NCBI GenBank assembly: GCA_051362555.1
Contig: CM120647.1
Coordinates: 11,384,651 to 11,448,650, forward strand
Source: Lingula anatina
Lineage: Eukaryota > Animalia > Brachiopoda
DNA: 64,000 bases
Direction of reading: 5' to 3'
Position 1 is the stretch's first letter. The number at the start of each line of letters is the position of its first letter. A program made the position numbers and the translations under genes. The notes below the pieces were generated by a model. That model did not search any database, was not told where the DNA came from, and saw nothing but the letters and a program-made list of their open reading frames with translations. Below, piece after piece: positions 54,904-64,000 of this stretch.

Positions 54904-56123
54904 GTCTTGACAGTTCGTAGTGTACCTAGGTCAGCTTGTTAACAATTCCATATTCATTAATTTTGAGAGCTTCATAAAATTTATTAATTTTTTCTCAGCT
55001 ATTTTATTTAAATGTAGTTTATTAATAATAAATCATTTGATCATAAAAACTCTGCCATGATTTTCTGTTAGAATAGAAGTAAGACTATTGAACAGTTTTA
55101 TTATTGTTTGTTAGCTAATTCTCATATCCTTCTAATTGACTTTTTGAGATTTATGTGATGTGCATACATACTTCTTTGAAATTATGTGATGTATATGCAG
55201 GCTTTTTATTAATTTATAATGTGTAAAGTGTACAGACTTTTTTTAGATTTATGTAACATTTGTACATACAAGTATTTTGTAACCACGTTGTAGTTAGAGT
55301 ATTTAACAGTCAGTGAATGTAAATGTATATTTTATGACCAATAAATCATTATTATCAATATAAACATTATTATTATTAATGACTTTTTTTCTAATTCCAT
55401 TTATATCAAATTAGTGGTCAGTGAATATTGCCCTTCTTCCTCCCCACTGCCTCCGGCGGTAAGGACTGACGCGGTTGAAATAAAGTGGGGGGTAAGTCTA
55501 AGCCCCCCCTCCATCCACTCCCCCCCCCCTCACCCCCATCCCCACCCTCATCCTTATGCCTGTGCCAAAACTACTATATCCTACATGTACTTGTCCATCA
55601 TGCCGAACTTATCCCGCGTTCATTGAAAATTGAACAGATTTCGGACATAATTCGTAATTTTGTCCATGAAGAGATTAAGCTCTCTGCAACATGTAAAGGG
55701 GGGGGGTGGGGTGATAAGGAGCGACGGTGTTTGCAAAGTTCTACAGCGTAAAATTTGGGGAGTGGGCTAGATAATAATAATAATAATTTTAATAATAATA
55801 ATATTTCTTTATTGGAGACAGCAATACACTTCCGTCTCAGTGCTGTTTACAAATAAAATCATACGACGAGTAATTATACAAATACTAAAAGTTGAGATGA
55901 ATAAATCAAAATAATTAATGCAGGTTAGGTGTGCACGTCTCGTGGACGTCCTCGCGTCCGCCTCCCTCAAAAACGTGCATTTCACACTGAAAAAATCAAT
56001 AGGTTCACGACAGGTTCGTAAAGACAGTTTACCTTTTTTTTTTCAATGAGATCATCTCCGTCATTATTTTACACGTCATTCAAAAGACCAGTTGGTATAC
56101 TGCATAAAGTAACTTGCAAGTTC

Positions 56124-56620
56124 TATACTGACAGTCAATGAAAACGCATCAGAAAACTTTCTTGTAATTTTTTTTCCCCGAGAATCGATTCCAACCATTT
56201 AAACGAGTACAAATGCACTTGTTTGGTCATAAGAGAGTGGGCTGACCACTTGGATGTTTAAAATTTCCGCTTCGGTGATTTTGTGACCAGCTGTTACAAA
56301 ACCATGTTTTTCCCGTCTCGTGATTGGTGTGAATTAATCAGGTTCAATATATGACGATTAATTAAGCCTATTTAAGGTAGTCACCAAATCCAGTGTGACA
56401 CATGACTAAAAAGTTCTGTGATGCCACGTCTGACACTGAAAGAGTGACTGCGGGCCCTGGGGATGCTGGAGGATGGGCGGAACCAAAGAGATTTGATTAC
56501 GTGACCGTGCATTTTAATGATCTTTTCTGACATTTATTAACTGTTATTTTGTTAATGTGCCAAAGGAACAAAAATATCATTTGATAAATAAATGATGCAT
56601 TTTCATTGACTGTCAGTATA
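56124..56620. mobile_element. Tc1/mariner-like MITE of about 0.5 kb with TA flanks
   Basis: tatactgacagtcaatgaaaacgcatca versus tgatgcattttcattgactgtcagtata (27 of 28 complementary, including the TA flanks). Confidence 0.8.
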
Positions 56621-56952
56621 TATCAACTCGCGTAAACAGTAATGCATGCATCTTCAACCAGGTGGCACTGAGGTAAATTAATGGCGTGGTTTTGCAAAAA
56701 GTTTTTGATCATCCGATGAGGGACTGTAACTTTATATTATTAGTTTATATTTAGCCCACACAATAGTCGGACTCCTAGTCAGATTGTTTGGTTAGCGCAG
56801 CGGTAAAACTTGCAGGTCACAGGGGCGGGGGGGGATGGGGAGTTCGAAGCGCCCTTTTGCTGGGAAAAGATCCGTTCTGGATAAAATTCTACAAGGCACA
56901 CGAAGGTTTCATTGTAAAAAGGTCCTGTTTTTTTAGGAAAAGAAGACCATTT

Positions 56953-58123
56953 CAGTGGTGGATTTAGAGGGGGGTCAGGGGGTCCTGATACTCCCCTTAA
57001 CCCTAACCTGTACTATCATATAGGATCGCGGACTTTATACAGGTCTACATTGTAAGACTGGGTTCACATGCTTATCAAACCCCATCTGTAAGGGGTTTCT
57101 CGCCAAATCGCTTTCAGCTTAAGTGGCTTAGATGTCTGGCATGTCTACGGAAGCTGCTAAAAGATAATTAATTACCCCTTAGCAGCTTCAGTAGGCGTGA
57201 CAGACATCTAACACCCCATTTCCATAGATTAGATTGACCTACTTTAGATCGATCTAACTCCCTGGGGGTTCACGCTAAATAGCTGTCAGCCGGGCGGACA
57301 CGAAAGTTAATTACCCTCTTACAGCTTGTTGTAGGCGGGACGGACATTTAAGTCGGATTATCTGAAAGTAATCTAGTGAGACTCCCCGCGGGGATAGATC
57401 GATCTAAAATCTATGGGAATAGAGCCTAAGCCGCTCAATTTGATCAGTACAATATGGGCTGGAATCGTCCCTTAGACTACCATTCTTGTCCCCCAGGCTC
57501 CCCCGACAGGGGCCTCAATAAACTACAGAGACACCTTATAAGTCAACACGACCGCGCAACATTGATTGACCTACAGGAGCTATGCTGTTATGTACGGAAT
57601 GAATGAAACCGGAGAAAAATCAATACAGATTATATAGAAATAGAGAAAGCCATGCAGGTATTGATTACCTACCTGTATAGCTTTAAAAGAATATATATAA
57701 ACAAACTTTATTAGTCGTTTGTTTGAAAGCGCATATAGATAGCTCCGTACGCTATCAACATTGAGAGGTATTGAAAAGTGTGATAAAATTAATGGCCTAG
57801 AATTTAACAAGAGTTATACTAAATTACATAAGAATAAATTAAAATCTAAGCAAAATTTGATTGAAATTCAGTTGTCATGTGATAAGTTGCGTATTTAAGA
57901 GGGGTGAAAAAAAGTACACGAATGGTATCCTCTTGAATTAAGAATTTTGACTAGCTGAATCATAGTTTTAAACCGTACCAACTAGCACCGTTCGCCCTCT
58001 AAAAAAAATAGTTTTTTGGGTCCCTTCAGAGGTCCCCGAACCCCACACCAAAGGGGGGAGGGGGGTTGGCTTCGCATCTGCGGACCCACCCACCCCTCCC
58101 TTCAATTAATCCTGGATCCGCCC
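56953..58123 (-). mobile_element. MITE family A copy split by an insertion of about 0.9 kb
   Basis: One terminus (cagtggtggatttagagggg...ggtcctga) at 56953-56996, the remainder (aattttgactagctgaatcatagtt...cctggatccgccc) at 57896-58123; TTAA at both junctions. Confidence 0.7.
57212..57426 (+). mobile_element. Tourist/Harbinger-like MITE family D, copy 1 (TAA TSD)
   Basis: Imperfect TIRs atttccatagatt-agat / atctaaaatctatgggaat; TAA at 57209-57211 and 57427-57429; near-identical copy at 58907-59121. Confidence 0.85.
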
Positions 58124-58672
58124 TTTCATAAACAAAGGGTTGAACTCCTAAGATGGAAGTACTTCGAGTTCATTGATACTCCTGACATTTTCTCTCTTTC
58201 ACACACAGTACACTTCAAATAATATGAGCACCAACTACGGTAACTACACACCTTGGATTTCTTCCCCTCATATATACCCATATAATATGAGCCAAGTACT
58301 GAGCTAACATGTGCTTAATCACGACCCGGTGAGGCCGAGGTTTGTCTGCATCGAACGAATCACCCAGTCAGGACATAAGCTTGCACTTTATATTTCATGG
58401 GCACATTTGGGACGAAAAAATATCCAAGATAAATAGTTATTGTATAATTACTTGTTTAGCATACTGTGTTCTAGCACTGTGTGTGAAATAGAAAAAATAT
58501 CAGGGTTATCAATGAGCATCAATTCAACGTACTTTTGTCTTGGGACTTCAAACCCCTTGAAAAAAAGGGCTGTTATGAAGGCTGTTGGTCTGATATATGG
58601 CTTAAGTTTAATAAGTAGAGTAATGTTCTTAGGATCACTCATGTTCTTAAAAATGAACAAAAAGTCATTTGG

Positions 58673-58852
58673 CTGGGGCGGACGGAGGCCGTCTTCTGGG
58701 TCTACAAGACGGTCAGAATTTTTCATTGACAAGTTTCAAGTTCACATTGACAGACTTCTATCTTTTTCTGTGGGGAGACGGTCAAAAATGGAGGATGGAT
58801 TAAAAAAGAAAATATGGAAGACTGTCAGAAAATCTCTCTGGATCCGCCCCTA
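58673..58852 (-). mobile_element. MITE family B copy
   Basis: ggggcgga...gtcttctgggtct...tggaggatg...tctctggatccgcccc is the reverse complement of 43708-43872. Confidence 0.8.
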
Positions 58853-58906
58853 TGGGTTATTGTTGCTATAAATCTTCTACCCGTTTATATATTATGTACA
58901 GACAGA

Positions 58907-59121
58907 GATCCCATTTCCAGAGATTAGATCGATCTACTTTAGATCGACCTAACTCCCTGGGGGTTCACGCTAAATAGCTGTCAGCCGGGCCGACACGAAA
59001 GTTAATTACCCCCTTACAGCTTGTAGTAGGCGGGACGGACATTTAAGCCGGATTATCTGACAGTAATCTAGTGAGACTCCCCGCGGGGATAGATCGATCC
59101 AAAAGCTCTGGGAATACAGCC
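58907..59121 (+). mobile_element. Tourist/Harbinger-like MITE family D, copy 2 (AGA TSD)
   Basis: Aligns end to end with 57212-57426; 3-bp AGA on both flanks. Confidence 0.85.
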
Positions 59122-60741
59122 AGAGTCTACTGATATAGCCGTCACCTTCGCCATCAGCGTTCACTTTTCATTATTAACGCTTTTAATTGGTAATCTCTAT
59201 GGTGATTTTTCTCAAACATACAAAAATACAACAGCCTGATTGGAATTTTAAGCGCAGACACAGTAGCCGTCTCACAGCGAGGGCACAGTGTGATCAGACA
59301 GCCAGCACCTGTGTCCTCGTGGTTGGCGCGCACTATATATAGCTGTTCATTGTAAACACTATAATGGGTGGATATCGGTGTTATGTATTGTCCTCGAGCA
59401 TTTTGGTGTGAGGACAAATCTAGGTCGACAGGTGAAATCCTGACTGGTTTGATTGCTTTTCTTTTTGTGAGGCCTTTTTTCACACATTGGCATTATTAAG
59501 ACATTGCTATAAACTCCTATGGTTCTGGCGCTAGCAAGTTTAATTATTTCTATTGCGCTTGAACACATGTACGTTACGGAGAAAAATACAATAAGGGATA
59601 AAATACAGAAGATTTTCAGTAAATTTTATTAAAGCCTTGCCCTTTAAACAGAAGATAAAAATGTAAATACAATGTAAGTACTTAGTGGGAGCTAAATTCA
59701 GCGTCTCTACTAGATCTTACTGGTTAAAAAATACAGACAGAAGACACCATATTAATATTAGTAAAAATAATTAAACATATGTCTCGCTTAACTTGATAAT
59801 AATAATAATGCATTAAAATACAGCGAGACACTATAATCTCAGCACTCTTCAAAATTTAAAACTGTAATAAATGTTGAAAATACTAAAAAAAATTGATAAA
59901 AGCTATAAGAGAAATGTATTCAACGGAGTATTTTTTTAAATAAAAAGATTTTTAAATTTGTCTCAAAACTGTAATAACTGTCGATAAGAAAAACATTGGA
60001 GTTATTGATAAAATTAGACAATAAAATTGGTGCTGCAGTTTCAAAACTTCTGTGACCATTTGTTTTAAGTGTCTTTTTTTTTTGTATTTCGCATTTTAAC
60101 TTAAAACTTCTGTACTTCAGATATTTTCTTTCACCTTTTCTTTTTTTCTTAAACTACGTAGCAGGTCTTGGAAGTAATAAATGCCATATTAGCATTGTTA
60201 TTTCAGCAATTAGGTTCAAATTTTTTTACCTTTAAGCATGAAATGTGGCACAGTTGTGGGTAATGCAATTTTGAATATAGGGACATTTGTGAAAATTCCA
60301 AAATGGGTGGGGAAGGGAGTGTAAACAATACAGGAAAGTAAAGGGATGTAGCCAAAGTTTACACTATTTTTGTCAAAAATTTGTATTAAAAAAGTGAATT
60401 GTGGAAAAAAAAACTGCTCCTGTTTGCATTTAGTGCATATGTAAAGGCCCTAACTGTCATGAAAATGATTGTTAATTATACTGCATCAGATTGCTGTGCT
60501 ATTTCTATTCCGAATAGGAAATTATGTTCCAGGGTGTTAGCTTTCATTGCATGATCTGACACTAGTCGAGAATTTTGTTTGTATATTGTCATAAATAGAA
60601 AGGGGGAGGCTTTAAGTTGAGAAGAATACAAATAAAACTGGGAATTATATACGTTGGAAAATGAGGCGTGTTAGTCTGTCAGCAAGCGACAGTCTCCGTT
60701 GATTAAGTTAGCAGTTACCACGAAAGATATATTGTGCACAC

Positions 60742-60937
60742 ATCCATACACTGTATTTTTACAGCCTACAGAAGATGTCCTCAGCCGACCTCAATACAAT
60801 GCCCATTGTACCGGTGTCGCTCTGTATACAATATTTAAATCCATACACTGTATTTTTACAGCCTACAGAAGATGTCCTCAGCCGACCTCAATACAATGCC
60901 CATTGTACCGGTGTCGCTCTGTATACAATATTTAAAT
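60742..60937. repeat. Perfect 97-bp tandem duplication
   Basis: atccatacactgtatttttacagcc...gtatacaatatttaa at 60742 and 60839 with no visible mismatch. Confidence 0.95.
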
Positions 60938-61414
60938 TTTTGCCTATGGAATCGATATCAAAGCCTTGATGTCTAGCAAAAAGGCTATCAAGAGAGTAAA
61001 TGTAATAACAAAGCAGCGGAATACACATTATCAAGAGAGTAAATTAAAAAACAAAACAGCAGAATAAATCAGCAAAGAGTAGGTATTGAAAAGAATGGAA
61101 GTGACAGAAACACGGCCAGACGACCTAGCCAAGAAAGGGATGAGATGAGATGGACATCCTCTGGATTATTGGGGGGTGGGGGTGGGGGTGGGGATCCGCT
61201 TAGCCAGTTGCTTCTAGAGGGGAAAGTAGTAAAAAAGCCAGATAGAGACTGTGCCGGTTATTCTAGTGCGTACCTATTTTCCATATGAAAAGTTTTCATG
61301 AAATGTATTAACACGCAGTATTATGACAGTGTTTTGTAAAGAATTAACGTGAAATAATGAGTATAACTAATTTAACCACATGAGGATATTAAGTTGTTTG
61401 ATTTACAGCCCAGT

Positions 61415-62725
61415 TTAAGATTTCGTACGGGACAGAATACCCCTCCACTGGGCCAAAAGCCTTTCTTTCACTTCCACGTTATGTTCCTTCATTTTCCTGC
61501 TGATATCCGCCAGGTTTGCGGTCTCTAACTTGTTCACCAAGTCCTCGATTGAATTGTAATACGTAATATGTGGCCACTGATAGAAATCAGAAAATTTTAA
61601 CCAGTACTTGATGGCATCCGCGTCGACCTCGTTGTTGGGGTCTGGAACAGAAGCATTAAGGACACCTTGGATGCGGGAACGCTGCGGGATTTTGCCGGAG
61701 ACCATATCCCATGTGCGTTCGTTGAGGACGTGGTCCTTTTTCTGCCATTCTGTGAGAAGATCTAAAGACGGGAAGAAAAGTGGGATGCCCATCCTGTATT
61801 GTTCAAACAGAGACATTACGGATACTTGGTACGGTATGTACACAATGCCGGGATGGTGGGTGAGATCACTATATGTATAGCGACTGTATAGACTTCTTAA
61901 CTTTTCAAGTTGAACTTTAGACGTCTTCTTGGAAACAGCTTTCTTAAACCTCTCTAAAAAAGACGACTCAAAGTGGCCAACATGACTTGGCGCCAGGAGG
62001 AATTCACGCCTCGTCACATTTGAGTAAGAGTACGACTCACCAACATCACAGTAACTCTCGAGAACAGTGGTTTTAATTCCTGTAAAGTAACGTATATATT
62101 CCGCGTCATACAGATTATTACCAGCGACTACATTACGAGGGTCTTTAGAAATCTTGATAAGATTCTCATTCCATTTTTTCCAGCGCTCTGGCTCAAATCT
62201 TCCCAACTCGTACCTCGTGGACGCTATAACCAATATAGTCTTATTAAACGGCATGAAAGCTTCACACATCGCTGCTGGATGGTTACATACGAAAGCGTCC
62301 ACGGACTGCATTTCGGGGTCGTCTTTGTAGCTTTTATAGAACTCTTTTTGAAGCTCCTCGCTCATTGACATCCCATTTTGTCGGTTGAGCACTCTTAATC
62401 CCTTCGCACACGTTTTGGTACACACGCCCGAGAGACTCTTGTCGATTACTTTAACACCAAGAGGCTTCAGCAGATTTGTCAAATCTTTAATAGGCGAGAT
62501 GTGAAAGTCATTGCTCCAAATTACCACTTTTGGAAGAGTCTTCGGCGTGCGTCCGTCTGGTGGGGCCGGCGGGCGATGAAGTAAGTGTCTTTCTGTCAGT
62601 AGCAGGCCGACGACGACTAGGGCAACGGTTACAGCCAAGATACGTGAATAGCTCTTCTTCTTCCAGTTTGCGCACCAACAGACAGAGTCGACAGACCCAT
62701 ATTTCACCGGTTTAACCAACACCAT
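61415..62725 (-). CDS. Uncharacterised type II membrane protein, putative GT-B fold glycosyltransferase, paralog 2 (436 aa)
   Basis: First ATG at 62725, preceded by a plausible acceptor (tttatattcacag, AG at 62735-62734); TM segment ILAVTVALVVVGLLL after KKKSYSR; nearly identical to paralog 1 from VIWS.DFHISPIKDL onward. Confidence 0.88.
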   Translation of the reverse strand: MVLVKPVKYGSVDSVCWCANWKKKSYSRILAVTVALVVVGLLLTERHLLHRPPAPPDGRTPKTLPKVVIWSNDFHISPIKDLTNLLKPLGVKVIDKSLSGVCTKTCAKGLRVLNRQNGMSMSEELQKEFYKSYKDDPEMQSVDAFVCNHPAAMCEAFMPFNKTILVIASTRYELGRFEPERWKKWNENLIKISKDPRNVVAGNNLYDAEYIRYFTGIKTTVLESYCDVGESYSYSNVTRREFLLAPSHVGHFESSFLERFKKAVSKKTSKVQLEKLRSLYSRYTYSDLTHHPGIVYIPYQVSVMSLFEQYRMGIPLFFPSLDLLTEWQKKDHVLNERTWDMVSGKIPQRSRIQGVLNASVPDPNNEVDADAIKYWLKFSDFYQWPHITYYNSIEDLVNKLETANLADISRKMKEHNVEVKERLLAQWRGILSRTKS

Positions 62726-64000
62726 ATTGCAGTCTGTGAATATAAACACCAATGGCAAGATTTAGGACCCGAACACATCATATTTTTATATCAACATAAA
62801 CCCTACCTTCTCACCTCTCGAAACATGTGTAAAACACGGGCGAAATACTGTAAATAATGTAGAAATCTTTATAATACTTGAAGCGCACTCGTGTGACACG
62901 CCTCAGAAATGCGAGTGCTAGATGTGTATTTCACCTCGTTCTAAAAAAATTGACAAACCTGAATTTACAATATATATGTACTGCCAGAAACCCGGTTTTC
63001 TTGGCTCTGGTGCCCCTGTTGTTTTTTATCCTTGTGCACTTTAAACTTCTTACAGAAATCTTTAAATAGAAAATTTCGGGCACCAAAAACGGGGCGCCAT
63101 TTGCAATCACCCGTGTCGATAAATCTTCCATTTTACCATTCTAAATCCATTTTTTATGACAACTAACCTTGAAATTCTGAATCCCTGGATATTCCCGCTT
63201 CTTTTTCTATCCTATCGTTTAATCACATCAACTGATGACAAAAATACACATGAAAAATACGAAAAGCTAAAACGTCGTCCATTTTCACTCGATATTGCGG
63301 AAAGTAGTGCAAAAATGGCCTTCTCTTCAGTCAGTGTGCACGCGCAGCTAGGATTATGCGCACACTCTGTTGGTTGGCTTATATGCACAATTCTAATATA
63401 CTTGGATGCTCGTAAGTTAATGAACACCTTACTATTATTTCACAGCCTATGGCAGTCGTTATTTGAATAGGTCAGTATGACGGTACAGCTTTCTTTCACA
63501 TTTCATATAATTCTACTATTATTAAGGGTTCATTCCCAATGAAGCTTTATCGTTTTACGTACGATCCAACTCTAACTCTCGATGAATGCAATCAGATAAA
63601 CAGTTTAGGCCGCCTTCACCTAGTTTCCAAGGTACTTGTGAAATCACCAACTTTTTTATTCTCTACTCAAGAGGACTGTTGATCTGTTAATCTTATTGCA
63701 TTCAGTTAAAGCCCCAGCGGAGTTAGGCTGATCTACGTAGGGAATGAGCCCTGAGGTTGGACATTTCTATGATTTTACTAAAAAAATGCCATGAAAATGG
63801 ACACAATTATCTACTCACACAGCAAAATGCATTCCCTGGTTTAAAAATCTCATTATGAAAATTAACGTTTTCTTGTCAATTTTGGAGAAGACTTTAAAAG
63901 TCGTGCCCATGAAGTAATCCAAAAATGTGGTGAATTTTAAGAGGTCCCATCTGAGTACAGTACATAGTCGGACGGTGGATAGTAATCGTGTGTCACTGGC

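Overview
AT-rich, microsatellite-rich, intron-containing animal (invertebrate-type) genomic DNA; most short ORFs in the track are noise. Well supported: (1) an apparently intact 5,971-bp ISL2EU-type (PIF/Harbinger-related) DNA transposon at 31307-37277 with 15-bp TIRs, a 2-bp AT target duplication and two convergent spliced genes, a THAP-HTH-DDE transposase (-) and a SWIM zinc finger + YqaJ/lambda-exonuclease protein (+). It sits inside a 211-bp tandem array within a second, non-coding element (29589-37844) with perfect 30-bp TIRs and a 7-bp TSD (P-element-like). (2) An 11-exon, 535-aa 4-coumarate-CoA-ligase/firefly-luciferase-like acyl-CoA synthetase ending in the peroxisomal signal SKL (39323-46357, +). 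(3) Two paralogous genes with intronless coding regions (-) encoding type II membrane proteins with a GT-B/GT4-like glycosyltransferase motif. (4) A probable solo LTR, a 1.5-kb foldback, many MITEs (some nested) and minisatellites. No convincing protein-coding gene was found in the first 29 kb. All coordinates were read by eye and no database searches were run.
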